Shown piece after piece: positions 14,859 through 24,780 of a stretch of 64,000 nucleotides of DNA (positions are counted from its first letter, which is position 1; every line of letters starts with the position of its first letter). The translations under genes and the position numbers were made by a program. The stretch is from IMG/VR virus record IMGVR_UViG_3300047160_027173, positions 66,240-130,239 of that record; one strand, written 5' to 3'. The notes under the pieces are model-generated. The model searched no databases and was not told the origin of the DNA. It saw only the letters and a list, made by a program, of their open reading frames with translations. The DNA comes from a virus.

Positions 14859-17356
14859 TGTTGGGGCAGGTCGCCGTCCGAGTAGTGCTCGGGCTGCGCT
14901 TCGGGCTTGTCCTTGGGCAGGCCACCTGGATGCTTGGCGCTGGTCGGGCGGCCAGTCGGGCTCGGGACGACACCGGAGCGCATGGCCTGCCAGCTGCTGT
15001 GACCGTCGGCGTGGGCTACCTTCCTCTTGCCGCCCTCACGGGCTCCGCTGGGGCTGGTGTCCTTCTGGCTGCCGTCGGGGAGGATGACGTTGTGCCTGCC
15101 GGTCTTGCCGGCCTCGGTGGCGGCCTTCTCCAGCTCCGAGCCGGGCTTGATGCCCTGCTTGGTCGGATCCAGGTCGGTGCCGTCGTGCAGCCGAATCCAC
15201 TGATGGCTCTCGCCCTTTGGGGTCTCGCCAACGACGGCCTCATGGGGAATGCGGTGGTGACGAAGGGTATCGCTGAGCAGCTCGGCGGCATCGTCACAGA
15301 AAAGGAACTCGCCACGACCGATGTGCCCGGCAATCTCACCCTCGTGCGCACCGATAAGGTCGCTCATTTCCTGGGGAGACTTCGCACCGCGGAGCTTCTT
15401 GGCGATGTGCCCGGGGATGTGAGCTAGCCTGAGACCGCGGGGCTTCGACTCAGCCTTCTCGACCATGTCGGGCTCGGCCGCGGCCAGCTTCTGCGGCAGC
15501 TGGACGTCGAGCAGGCGACCGGCCATGTCGGCGGCGCCAGCCGGGTGGCTCTGGTGCGGCGTCACGAGGAGTTCGGTCTGGGCACCGGAGTTGCGGCCAA
15601 ACCCAACCGAATGACTGGGGTCGAGCAGGTCGAACGAGGTGCGGACACTCTTAGTCGGCACCCAGCTGATGTACGGGCGCATGCCCTTGCCAATGGGGCT
15701 GTCGCCCTTCGGATAGAGCTTGTGAGAGTAGCTGGCGAGCGCCTGGTCCGGAACGCGCTTCATCCCCAGCACGCCCTTGTCGTCCAGGTACCGGGCCAGT
15801 GGCACGTGGGGCTCGCCGTTGATCATCTTCGACTTGGGCAACAGCGCCTTCTGGACCTGCAGATAGTGCTGATGGGCCTCATCGACGAGGTGGGAGTTCT
15901 TCACCAGCGAGGACGCCAGTTCGGCCACGTTCGGGATCTCGTGCTTGCTCGCGGCCAGACCGGCGGCGTGCTTGAGTCCGGCCATGAACCTCTGGTCCGC
16001 GTGCTGCGGATCGCTGTTGTACGAGGCCATGTTCTCCATGCGATGGTGGAGGTAACGGAGCAGCTGGGCCTTCGGCGTGTGCGCGTTCTTCTTGTAGCTG
16101 TTGTGGAGGTCCTTCAGGTCGTGGACTGCCTTGCCGGCCCGATGACCTTCCACAGCCAGCTGGAAGGCCAGTTCATCTTTTGGGCTTGGAGGGCCCTCGC
16201 TCTTGGCGAGGCCAGCCTCGGCGAGCAGTCCCTGGATGGCCTTTGAATCAAGGCCCTCCGCCTCCAGACGCTTGACGGTGTTCGCCATGGCGATGGCGGC
16301 CTGCTCGGGACGGTCCTGCTTGAACTTCGCGATGGCGCGAAGGGTATTCTTCGCGTGCGCGAGGTCCTCTTCGGGGGTCGTCGGGCGGGTACCGTGCTCC
16401 AGCGTGTCCGTCTCGTCAGGCGGAGTGCTGTTGCGGTTGTGGTCGGTGGCGATGAAGCGGCCCTGCTCGTCGCGGGGATGAGTCTTGGGGTCGAAGATGT
16501 CGGCCTTCTGCAGGCCCTTGCTCATGCCCTCGACCTCGGCGGGCTCGCCTTCCTCGGGGTCCTGGGGGGCGGCCCAGAGCGTGCGGCCCATGGCGATCAT
16601 CGTCTGGGCCATCTGATTGACGGCCTCGGCAATCTCCGGGTTCTGCTGCTGGAGCAGGGCCAGGGTCTGGGGGTTGCCCTTGAGCTGCTGGAGGATGGCG
16701 GCGATCTTCATCTTCAGGGCGTCGTTGGCGGCGTCCTGAGCGTGGGCCTCGGCGTCGGCCTTCTGCTTGTCGGCGGCGGCGTGGAAGTCCTTGAGGAAGT
16801 CAGCGGGCTGCTTCTCTTCCTTGGCGCCTTCCTCACCGTGGCCGCCTTCCATGTGCTGCATGAGCTGCTGCATGTGGGGGTCGTCGACGGTGCCCTGGAT
16901 GGCCTCTGGAGTCTCCTCGGCGCGGGCCAGGTACTCGTGGCCGAGCTTCTCCTGCTCGTCCTGCTGGAGCTGGAGGTTCTGGATGGTGTTCTCGACGTGG
17001 GGGCCGTAGGTGACGATGCGGTCTTTCCCTTCGAGTTTGGCCACGAGCAGGGCCTTCTGGGCCTCGCTGAGGCGCATGCCCAAGCCGACGCTGGCGCTGG
17101 CGCCCACCAGGGCGTGGTACTGCTGGCGGAGGGTGGGGACCTCGCCGATGCGGCTGGCGTCGACCTGGACGACGACCTCGTCGCCGCCGGCACTGACGAC
17201 CTGGCCACCGACACCCAGGGCCCACTTGGTCCAGAGGTCGTTGCCGTCGGTGATGAGCTTGCTCAGGCGGCGGACCTCGGCCACGTCATCGGCGAGGCTG
17301 GCCCGACCGACCTGGGACCCGATGCTGTCGCCGTCGATGCTGACGAAGAGATCCAT
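14855..17356 (-). CDS. Polyvalent virion protein: mCpol-like nucleotidyltransferase, ART-like and papain/transglutaminase-like modules
   Basis: Start MDLFVSIDGDSIG (ATG 17356); SAGGDEV...SVGLG...AKLEGKDR; R..S..ExL ART-like; C..H-W..DPT triad. Confidence 0.65.
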   Translation of the reverse strand: MDLFVSIDGDSIGSQVGRASLADDVAEVRRLSKLITDGNDLWTKWALGVGGQVVSAGGDEVVVQVDASRIGEVPTLRQQYHALVGASASVGLGMRLSEAQKALLVAKLEGKDRIVTYGPHVENTIQNLQLQQDEQEKLGHEYLARAEETPEAIQGTVDDPHMQQLMQHMEGGHGEEGAKEEKQPADFLKDFHAAADKQKADAEAHAQDAANDALKMKIAAILQQLKGNPQTLALLQQQNPEIAEAVNQMAQTMIAMGRTLWAAPQDPEEGEPAEVEGMSKGLQKADIFDPKTHPRDEQGRFIATDHNRNSTPPDETDTLEHGTRPTTPEEDLAHAKNTLRAIAKFKQDRPEQAAIAMANTVKRLEAEGLDSKAIQGLLAEAGLAKSEGPPSPKDELAFQLAVEGHRAGKAVHDLKDLHNSYKKNAHTPKAQLLRYLHHRMENMASYNSDPQHADQRFMAGLKHAAGLAASKHEIPNVAELASSLVKNSHLVDEAHQHYLQVQKALLPKSKMINGEPHVPLARYLDDKGVLGMKRVPDQALASYSHKLYPKGDSPIGKGMRPYISWVPTKSVRTSFDLLDPSHSVGFGRNSGAQTELLVTPHQSHPAGAADMAGRLLDVQLPQKLAAAEPDMVEKAESKPRGLRLAHIPGHIAKKLRGAKSPQEMSDLIGAHEGEIAGHIGRGEFLFCDDAAELLSDTLRHHRIPHEAVVGETPKGESHQWIRLHDGTDLDPTKQGIKPGSELEKAATEAGKTGRHNVILPDGSQKDTSPSGAREGGKRKVAHADGHSSWQAMRSGVVPSPTGRPTSAKHPGGLPKDKPEAQPEHYSDGDLPQQ

Positions 17357-17520
17357 GCACGGGCCTAGATTGCCGGATAGAGGAGGTTGCTGGCCGGAAG
17401 TCGAGGGCAGAGGTGGTGACTGGGTTGCCGTCCTAAAAGTGGGTCCAATGAGACCCCTCTCCGGGGCGAGCGGCGCCGGGCTTAAACTGAAGCGGCCACC
17501 TCTGCCTACATCTTCGGTGC

Positions 17521-17550
17521 TTGACTCCCGCCCCCGTCCCATGAGATAGT
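17521..17550 (+). promoter_or_regulatory. Sigma70-type early promoter, leaderless
   Basis: TTGACT-N18-GATAGT with an extended TG, 6 nt before ATG 17557. Confidence 0.6.
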
Positions 17551-17556
17551 TTCTCC

Positions 17557-18972
17557 ATGCCGACCGCCATCCCCGAAGTCTCCACCGCGACCTACTCGAT
17601 TCCCGAGGCCCACCTCCACGAGCTGGAGGCCAAGCTCCAGAAGTTGGTCAAGAAGTCCGCCAAGCTCTCCATGGGCGGCGTCAGCTACAGCGTCGACCGC
17701 GACAACCCCGAGGACCGCGTCATCAGCCAGCGCCGCGCCATCGCCCACCGCCTCGGCGAGGAGCCCCAGGTCGAGCAGACCTTCCGCCGCTACTTCACGG
17801 TGACCATCACCGGGACCATCCCCCGCCTCGCGGGCTGGGACTTCCTCGCGACCCTCGACCACATGGAGGTCGACGGCGAGAAGGCGAACATCCTCCGCGT
17901 CGTCCCCGGCTTCGACGGCGTCATCCCGACCGCGTTCCGGACCGCGACCCCCGAGAACTGCGACCACTGCCACAAGGCCATCCGGACCCGGAAGAACACC
18001 TTCATCGTCCGCAACGCCGAGACCGGCGAGTTCAAGCAGGTCGGTCGGAACTGCACCCAGGACTTCCTCGGCGGCCTCGACCCGCACGAGGTCGGTAAGA
18101 TGCTGGAGCTGGTCCGGCTGGCGAACGACGCCGCGGGCTCGGACTTCGAGGGCGGCCTGGGCGGCGGCTCCGACAAGGACATGGGCTTCGGCTTCGAGAC
18201 CTTCCTGGCGACGGTGAACGCGGTCATCCGCCTGGAGGGCTGGCTCAGCCGCGGCAAGGCCCGCATCGAGGACCGCCTGGAGATGGCGACCGCGAACCGC
18301 GCCCTGTACGCCCTCACCCCGCCCCGCGGCGGTGGCCAGGCCCGCGCCGACTGGGAGAAGTTCGTCGAGGAGCTGGCCGTCGGCCCCGAGGACCTGGAGG
18401 TCGCTGAGGCCGCCATCGACATGGTCCGCGACACCATCGACTTCCAGACCGAAGACAACGACTACCGCCGCAACCTCCGCATCGCCTTCGGCCAGGACGT
18501 GGTCTACAACAAGCTCGCGGGCATCGTGGCCTCGGGCGTCAGCTTCTACCTCCGCGAGGTCCAGAAGCTGAAGGAGGCCGAGGGTCTCCGCCAGGCCACC
18601 AGCACCGAGTTCATCGGCACCGTCGGCGAGAAGGTCTCCCTGGAAAACGTCCAGCTGGTCTTCATCCGCCGCCTGGAGGGTCAGTTCGGCGGCTACGACC
18701 TGGCGAAGTTCGTGACCGCGGACGGCAAGGCGGTCACCGTCTTCGGCCAGGTCGAGGGCGCCGTCGGCGAGTTCGGCAGCCTGGTCGGCAAGGTCAGCAA
18801 GCACGACTCCTACCAGGGCAAGCCCAGCACCCAGGTCAAGGGTCGCACCCTCTTCACCAGCACCGCCCGCCAGGCCGAGCTGGACGCGCTGAAGGCCGAG
18901 CAGAAGGCCGCCAAGAAGGCCCAGAAGGCCGCAGAGAAGGCCGCCCTAAAGGCGGCCGAGGAGACCAAGTGA
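17557..18972 (+). CDS. Early hypothetical protein (CxxC zinc site, C-terminal OB-like region)
   Basis: 471 aa, strong codon bias; CDHC...RKNTF...KQVGRNC. Confidence 0.75.
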   Translation: MPTAIPEVSTATYSIPEAHLHELEAKLQKLVKKSAKLSMGGVSYSVDRDNPEDRVISQRRAIAHRLGEEPQVEQTFRRYFTVTITGTIPRLAGWDFLATLDHMEVDGEKANILRVVPGFDGVIPTAFRTATPENCDHCHKAIRTRKNTFIVRNAETGEFKQVGRNCTQDFLGGLDPHEVGKMLELVRLANDAAGSDFEGGLGGGSDKDMGFGFETFLATVNAVIRLEGWLSRGKARIEDRLEMATANRALYALTPPRGGGQARADWEKFVEELAVGPEDLEVAEAAIDMVRDTIDFQTEDNDYRRNLRIAFGQDVVYNKLAGIVASGVSFYLREVQKLKEAEGLRQATSTEFIGTVGEKVSLENVQLVFIRRLEGQFGGYDLAKFVTADGKAVTVFGQVEGAVGEFGSLVGKVSKHDSYQGKPSTQVKGRTLFTSTARQAELDALKAEQKAAKKAQKAAEKAALKAAEETK

Positions 18973-19292
18973 GCTACCACCAGCCGATTCGAGTCAAGGT
19001 CGTCCGCAACGCCCGGAAGTACGACCCCGACGAGACCTCCCTCTGGAAGGTCGCCCTGGTGGCCCTGGCCATCATCGGCGGCATCGTCGGGGCCGTCATC
19101 CACTACAGCGACGGCGGCAACCAGCTGCAGTCGACGTGCTCGGAGAAGGCCGCCGAGGAGAACCAGCTCCGGACCGTCCTGAAGACTCTCGACCACGACC
19201 TCCCCGGCTACAAGGTCAACCGGGCCCGGGTCGTCCAGCTCCAGAAGCAGCTCCAGTTCTGCACCAGCGAGCCCCCCGAAGAGATCCCATGA
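18969..19292 (+). CDS. Hypothetical membrane protein
   Basis: One TM segment; overlapping start/stop with neighbours. Confidence 0.6.
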   Translation: MSYHQPIRVKVVRNARKYDPDETSLWKVALVALAIIGGIVGAVIHYSDGGNQLQSTCSEKAAEENQLRTVLKTLDHDLPGYKVNRARVVQLQKQLQFCTSEPPEEIP

Positions 19293-19807
19293 GCGACGAC
19301 TACAACGACCACTATCCCCTGGACATCCTCGGGCCCGTCGGCCGGCAGAAGTCAGTGTCCACGGCCCTGGCCGTCACCAACCGGGTCCGCCAGCGCGTCC
19401 TGAACTGGCTCCAGGGCCTGGAGGACGACGACGAGTTCCCGGAGATCGACCTCGATGACATGACCGGGGCCTGTGCCATCGTCAGCTGGATTGCCCAGCG
19501 GGTGCTCACCAACCTCGGCTACCAGGTCCACCTGGTCCGGGGCGAGTTCGACGAGCAGGTTCACTGCTGGGTCCAGATCGGCCACGTCATCATCGACGGC
19601 ACCGCGACCCAGTTCGGCATCCCCGGCCCGGTCTACCTGACCACCAGGGGCAAGGACCCACGCTACGTGGAGCTGTTCCGGGACGACGACGCCGAAGAGG
19701 AGTTCCTCCGGGACTGGCGCAGCCAGAGCCCGTACCGATTCGGCCGGGAAGTCACGACCATCGCCGACGAAGTCGTCAAGCTCTACCGGAGACGGAAGAA
19801 GGCCTGA
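19289..19807 (+). CDS. Transglutaminase/papain-like protein
   Basis: GACAIVS...HCWV...IIDGTATQF Cys-His-Asp pattern; start MSDDY. Confidence 0.6.
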   Translation: MSDDYNDHYPLDILGPVGRQKSVSTALAVTNRVRQRVLNWLQGLEDDDEFPEIDLDDMTGACAIVSWIAQRVLTNLGYQVHLVRGEFDEQVHCWVQIGHVIIDGTATQFGIPGPVYLTTRGKDPRYVELFRDDDAEEEFLRDWRSQSPYRFGREVTTIADEVVKLYRRRKKA

Positions 19808-19924
19808 TGGACCCTGCCCTGGACTTCCTGGAGTCCGCATTCTTGTTTTTGGCGCTCCCCCTGGTTACATGGGCGTTCATCCAGGTAAGCCTGCGACTTT
19901 GGGCCAGCCTGAGGGAGCGATCTG

Positions 19925-20161
19925 ATGCGACTCAAGCAAGGCGAGAACCAGGCCCGAAAGGCCTACGTGATGACGATGTTGACGGAGAACCCCCGGGCTA
20001 GCTACGCCGCCCTCCAGCGAGGCCTGAAGGACAGATTCGGCCACGCCATGCAGCAGGGCCTGCTCAGGGGCTACGTCGAGGAGTACACGGTGACACTGAC
20101 GGCACCCATCAAGGTCACCATCACCGAGGCCGGTGACAACACCGACGTGGTGATCGAGTGA
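19925..20161 (+). CDS. Hypothetical protein
   Basis: SD GGAG; coupled to the downstream gene. Confidence 0.5.
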   Translation: MRLKQGENQARKAYVMTMLTENPRASYAALQRGLKDRFGHAMQQGLLRGYVEEYTVTLTAPIKVTITEAGDNTDVVIE

Positions 20162-21018
20162 GCTACCCGCTAATCGGCATCCTCGGCGGGTCCAAGTCCG
20201 GCAAGGACACCGTCGCCGAGTACATCAACGAGTTCCTGGGCGGGGTGAACATCGCCCAGGCCGACCCCATGAAGCGCTTCGCCAAGCAGATCTTCGACTT
20301 CACCGACGCCCAGCTCTGGGGTCCGAGCGAGAACCGGAACGCTGTCGACCACCGGGGCACGGACTATTTCTACTGGGACCACGTCGCCAAGAACATCACA
20401 GCTTCCGCCAAGGACTTCTTCGAGGCCTGGAGCCTGCCCCAGAAGAGGCGCGACTATGGCACCTGGCCAGAGAGGCCGGTCGCCCTCAACGACTACGAGG
20501 CCGCTGGAGCCCTGACCGCCCACTACGACATGCTGCGCGAGCACTACCGGAACACCTTCAGCCCCCGGATTCAGCTCCAGCACTTCGGCACGGAGTTCGG
20601 TCGGGCCCTGGACAAGAACCTCTGGAGCCGCCAGGCCATCTGGCTGGCTGAGGGCCTCCTCGAAGGCAAGGTGCTCTACGCCCGCGAGGGTGCTGTCGGG
20701 AGCAAGCTGGGCATGGTCACCGGCACCAGGGCTCGGATGGACCACGAGCCCACGCCGGCCTGGGTGACGGTTTCCGACGTCCGCTTCCGCAACGAGGCCC
20801 TGAACATCAAGGCCAAGGGCGGCCTCCTGGTCAAGGTCGTGAACCCGGAGATCACCGGCGCCGTCAAGGTCGGCCTCCAGAACCACGCCAGCGAAACCGA
20901 GCTGCTCTCCATCCCCCAGAGCTGGATGGACTTCACGCTGACCAACGACAAGACCCTGGGCCTGGAAGCTCTTCGGGCCATGGTCAAGAGCGCCCTGCGC
21001 AGCCTGGAGCTGCTGTGA
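20158..21018 (+). CDS. Deoxynucleoside monophosphate kinase
   Basis: IGILGGSKSGKDT...ADPMK...PRIQLQHFGTEFGR...VSDVRFRNE...HASE. Confidence 0.9.
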   Translation: MSYPLIGILGGSKSGKDTVAEYINEFLGGVNIAQADPMKRFAKQIFDFTDAQLWGPSENRNAVDHRGTDYFYWDHVAKNITASAKDFFEAWSLPQKRRDYGTWPERPVALNDYEAAGALTAHYDMLREHYRNTFSPRIQLQHFGTEFGRALDKNLWSRQAIWLAEGLLEGKVLYAREGAVGSKLGMVTGTRARMDHEPTPAWVTVSDVRFRNEALNIKAKGGLLVKVVNPEITGAVKVGLQNHASETELLSIPQSWMDFTLTNDKTLGLEALRAMVKSALRSLELL

Positions 21019-21629
21019 GGGTCCACGACCCACGTCCGGTGGTTGGCGTCGACGTCGACGACACCGTCTGCAACCTCATCGGGGGCTGGATTCCGGCCAT
21101 CAACCGGGACTTCGGCCTCAACGTCCGCCTGGACCAGATCACGGAGTGGTTGCTGGCTGACTGCACGCCGGAGCTGAAGGCCATCGGCGACGACCGCCTG
21201 GCCGAGTACTTCGGCAAGCCCGGATTCCACCTGAACCTGGACCCGATGCCGGGCGCCATCGAGTCCCTGCGGCGCCTGAGCAAGGACTACCGGCTGTACT
21301 TCATCACGGCCCGGCACGGTCCGCTGGCCATCAGCGAGACCTTCGACTGGTTCAAGAAGCACCTGCGCTGGGTCCAGCACAAGCAGATCATCTTCGCCCG
21401 GGAGAAGCACATCTTCCAGCTGGACGCGGCCATCGATGACAAGCTCGACCACCTGAAGGGATTCCGGATGGCCCCGCACCTGGCCCAGGCCAAGGTCCTC
21501 GGCGTCGAGCGCCCGCACAACCTCCGGGAGCGGACGCCAGACGTCGCCCACTTCTGGTTCGAGCCCAGCGTGACCGGCTGGAACGCAGCCGTCGACTACC
21601 TGTACACCAACGTCCACCCCAAGGAGTAG
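21015..21629 (+). CDS. 5'(3')-deoxyribonucleotidase (HAD, NT5C-like)
   Basis: DVDDT...PMPGA...FITAR...K...IDD motifs. Confidence 0.85.
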   Translation: MRVHDPRPVVGVDVDDTVCNLIGGWIPAINRDFGLNVRLDQITEWLLADCTPELKAIGDDRLAEYFGKPGFHLNLDPMPGAIESLRRLSKDYRLYFITARHGPLAISETFDWFKKHLRWVQHKQIIFAREKHIFQLDAAIDDKLDHLKGFRMAPHLAQAKVLGVERPHNLRERTPDVAHFWFEPSVTGWNAAVDYLYTNVHPKE

Positions 21630-21631
21630 AC

Positions 21632-21844
21632 ATGGCCTGGCTCTACGCGGTTCCCATCCTCTTCGCCGTAGTCTGGTTGTTCTCCATCGCCTACCACTGG
21701 GGCTGGACCAGTCGACAAAAGGACCTCGACCACTGGCACGAGCTAGCCACCAAGCAGGCTCTGGAAATCATCCGCCTGAAGACCGCCCTCTTCAAGCTCC
21801 AGGGCCGGGCTGGCATCCGCCGCCTGAACGAGCCCGAGAACTAG
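21632..21844 (+). CDS. Small membrane protein
   Basis: SD AAGGAG; N-terminal TM segment. Confidence 0.55.
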   Translation: MAWLYAVPILFAVVWLFSIAYHWGWTSRQKDLDHWHELATKQALEIIRLKTALFKLQGRAGIRRLNEPEN

Positions 21845-22200
21845 CCGGGATCATTGACAGTTGCGCGGGACACCTGACCGTCGTTAGCATGTTAGTCATG
21901 AACCTCCCATCCGACACGAAGTTGGTGCTGCTGGCGTTTACCGTCGAAGACCACGAGCTTCTCTACGACGTGCTTCACAACGCCCTGACCGCTACGAGCT
22001 GTGCCGACCGCATCGCCGCCATCAAGATGTTGGAGGAAGTGGTCGAGCGTGCCGAGGCCCGTGGAGAAGCCTTCCAAGGCGATGCTGTAATCGAACTAGC
22101 CTGAAAACTAAGTTCGGCGTTAATTGCAGATCTGGGGTGTACTCTGTATAGAAGGTTCGGTGGCAATTTCGCCATCGAAAACTCAACCGAGGAAACCATC

Positions 22201-23055
22201 ATGCCCACCTTTGCCGGATACCAATTCACCGAAGAGAGCATCCCGCTCGCCTCCATCCTTCCCTCCGACACCCAGCCCCGCAACCGAGACGACCTCTCGG
22301 ACCCGAAGCGTCAGGCCCTGCTCCGTAGCATGGCCAAGAACGGTCTCAAGGACCCCATCGACGTGGAGCTTCTGCCCAGCGGCATGTACTCCATCATCGA
22401 GGGTCACGGCCGCTACACCTGCGCCCTCTTTCTGGAGGGGCCCGACAGCCTCTTCGACTGGAGCCGCATCCGCGCCAAGGTCTACCGCGTCTCCCCGGAA
22501 GAGAGCCCCAGGCTGCGCTCCGTCATCATGGAGGCCGAGGCCGCCAAGAAGAAGATGAACGGCCAGCAGGCCGCTGAGTTCATCTACCGCAACCGTCTCC
22601 TGAAGAACGACGTCAGCGAGGCCGAGGAGGCCAACCCGAAGGCGGCCCGCCTCGTGGACTTCCTCCTGGACCCGAAGCGGTTCACCGAGCAGCAGGCCGA
22701 ACGGCTGCTGATCAAGCTCCAGGCCAGCCCCGAGACCCTGTCCGTGGCCAGCATGCACGTCCGTCGCCGGCTGGGATTCGGAGAGCGTGGCGTGTTGCCC
22801 GAGAGCCCGGAAGCCCAGGGACTGCTCCGACGCACCTTCGTCTGGCTGGCCGAGTACGGCATGGTCGGTCCCGTCAAGGAACACTACAGCAACAGCGAAA
22901 GCGGCTGGCGCAAGGTCCAGGAGTCCATCGACAACGACAAGCCCATGGCCCGGAGCCGAAAGGCCAAGGAAATCGAGGCCCGGAGGGCTGAGCGCGAGGC
23001 CCGCCGGCTGGACGACATCCTCGACACCGATGACGACACGGCGGCGTTGAATTAG
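22201..23055 (+). CDS. ParB N-terminal (ParB/Srx) domain protein
   Basis: QPR...L..SM..NGLKDPIDV...YSIIEGHGR. Confidence 0.75.
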   Translation: MPTFAGYQFTEESIPLASILPSDTQPRNRDDLSDPKRQALLRSMAKNGLKDPIDVELLPSGMYSIIEGHGRYTCALFLEGPDSLFDWSRIRAKVYRVSPEESPRLRSVIMEAEAAKKKMNGQQAAEFIYRNRLLKNDVSEAEEANPKAARLVDFLLDPKRFTEQQAERLLIKLQASPETLSVASMHVRRRLGFGERGVLPESPEAQGLLRRTFVWLAEYGMVGPVKEHYSNSESGWRKVQESIDNDKPMARSRKAKEIEARRAEREARRLDDILDTDDDTAALN

Positions 23056-23124
23056 CGTCGGGTCGCTGTTAGAGGCACCCCATGGGCGGCCGGATTCCCC
23101 GGCCGCCCCAACAAGGAAGAAGTC

Positions 23125-23478
23125 ATGAAGAAGCTGCTCGCCGCCCTGTTCCTGATGTCTGGCTGTGCCACCACCTACAGCGCCGGAGGCCATGTCACCG
23201 ATGGCTGCGACGCCACGACCGACTCCCGGGCCCCCGGGTACTCGATCTACGTCTGCCATCGTCCGTTCCCGTCCCAGTGGGCGGCCTACAACGGCAAGGA
23301 CAAGTCCCAGGCCACCCGTGAGGCCAGCTCCGCCAAGGGGCCGTTCATCCCCGCCGGCTGGACCGATGGCTTCACCGACCGCGCTCACCAGGAGATCTTC
23401 GTCTACGACGTCTTCCTGCCGGAGAACTTCGAGCACGAGCTTCGCCACGTCCGCGGCGAGATCCGGGACAGCGAGTGA
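23125..23478 (+). CDS. Lipoprotein with HExxH motif
   Basis: MKKLLAALFLMSGC lipobox; FEHELRH. Confidence 0.6.
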   Translation: MKKLLAALFLMSGCATTYSAGGHVTDGCDATTDSRAPGYSIYVCHRPFPSQWAAYNGKDKSQATREASSAKGPFIPAGWTDGFTDRAHQEIFVYDVFLPENFEHELRHVRGEIRDSE

Positions 23479-24083
23479 GCCTGGCTTCCTGGTGGAAGTA
23501 CGGTCGTCGGACCGGAACCAGCGTGAACGGGCAACAGGACTACCCTGAGCCCGTTCACAGCTTCCTGGAGACAGTCCTCAAGCGCCTGTTCAAGTACTAC
23601 GACATCGTCGGCAAGGACGAGGGCGGCGGGAACGCCCTCTACCTGCGCCGGTTCATCCTCCGCTGGGGGAACGGTCAGAAGGGCCACATCTTCCTCCATC
23701 ACATCTACCGCTCGGACAGCGACCGCTATCCTCACTCGCATCCGTGGGCATTCAAAACCCTGGTGCTGAGCGGCGGCTACACCGACGAGTCCTACGACGT
23801 CCACTGGACTCTGGGGCCTCCGACCCGGGACGCCGTCGACAAGGCCCAGGTCTACCGGTGGCCAGTCGTTCGCAGCAGCGAGCCCCGCCGCACCCAGGCC
23901 ATCCCCGGGCACCTGTACTACCGTCCCCGGACCCACGTGCACCTGCTCAAGCTCCCGGAGGGGGAAACGGCCTGGACCCTGGTTAAGACCTCGGGACGCG
24001 TTCAGCCCTGGGGCTTCCTCACGGAGAAGCAATGGGTGTACTGGCGCGAATACCTCAACGATTGGACCTCGGAGCCCGGATAA
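23475..24083 (+). CDS. Cupin-like hypothetical protein
   Basis: LHHIYRSDSDRYPHSHPW...SGGYTDE...H...WTL...WGF. Confidence 0.65.
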   Translation: MSLASWWKYGRRTGTSVNGQQDYPEPVHSFLETVLKRLFKYYDIVGKDEGGGNALYLRRFILRWGNGQKGHIFLHHIYRSDSDRYPHSHPWAFKTLVLSGGYTDESYDVHWTLGPPTRDAVDKAQVYRWPVVRSSEPRRTQAIPGHLYYRPRTHVHLLKLPEGETAWTLVKTSGRVQPWGFLTEKQWVYWREYLNDWTSEPG

Positions 24084-24403
24084 TGAGCGTTCTCAAACAC
24101 AAGATGTGGCGGTCGCTGAAGCCCTTCATCGTCCTGGAGCCCGACGGGACCCGGAACCGGATCGAGTTCGCTCCGATGCCGACCAGCCTCCGGCGGTCTG
24201 CGCTGCGGTGCTCGATGAAGTGCGTGGCCTGCGGCCGGCGGATTCGATTCGTCCGATCCCGCACTCCTGGTGGCCGAAAGCCGAGCCACAACCTTTACTT
24301 CGCCCCGACCTGTCCGCTCAACGTTCGCATCGGCTGCAGCCGAGGCACGGCTGCCAGAAACGAGTACAAGGCCGTGGCCTGGGCCGTGAACTGGCAGCCA
24401 TGA
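24083..24403 (+). CDS. Cys-rich hypothetical protein
   Basis: TAATG coupling; CxxC motif. Confidence 0.5.
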   Translation: MSVLKHKMWRSLKPFIVLEPDGTRNRIEFAPMPTSLRRSALRCSMKCVACGRRIRFVRSRTPGGRKPSHNLYFAPTCPLNVRIGCSRGTAARNEYKAVAWAVNWQP

Positions 24404-24780
24404 GTCTGCAGGAAGTCCTCGACCAGCTCCGGGAGTTCAACTACCTCGGGGCCCGGATTGAGATCGAGCGCCCACTGGCCAAGGACTACGACTCCAGCTG
24501 GAAGCGTCTGTTCCGCTACGGCGACCAAAACTGCCACATCGCCTTCAAGTACTGGGTGGTCATCGACGACGGCCGCGGTCAGACCTGCGAGCAGCAGGCC
24601 GTGATTCTGGAGGAGTTGATTCCCAGGGCCCATCGCCTGGGCGTGGACCGCCAGCTGCGGAAGATCGTCGACGACCTCCGCATCGAGCGTAAGATGCGAG
24701 CCTACTGGGATCTGACCGAGCGCTTCTCGCAGCTGGTCCTGCACTACACCGCAGACGACGCCTTCGAGAGCGAGTCTTAG
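24400..24780 (+). CDS. Hypothetical protein
   Basis: ATGA coupling, start MSLQEV. Confidence 0.55.
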   Translation: MSLQEVLDQLREFNYLGARIEIERPLAKDYDSSWKRLFRYGDQNCHIAFKYWVVIDDGRGQTCEQQAVILEELIPRAHRLGVDRQLRKIVDDLRIERKMRAYWDLTERFSQLVLHYTADDAFESES

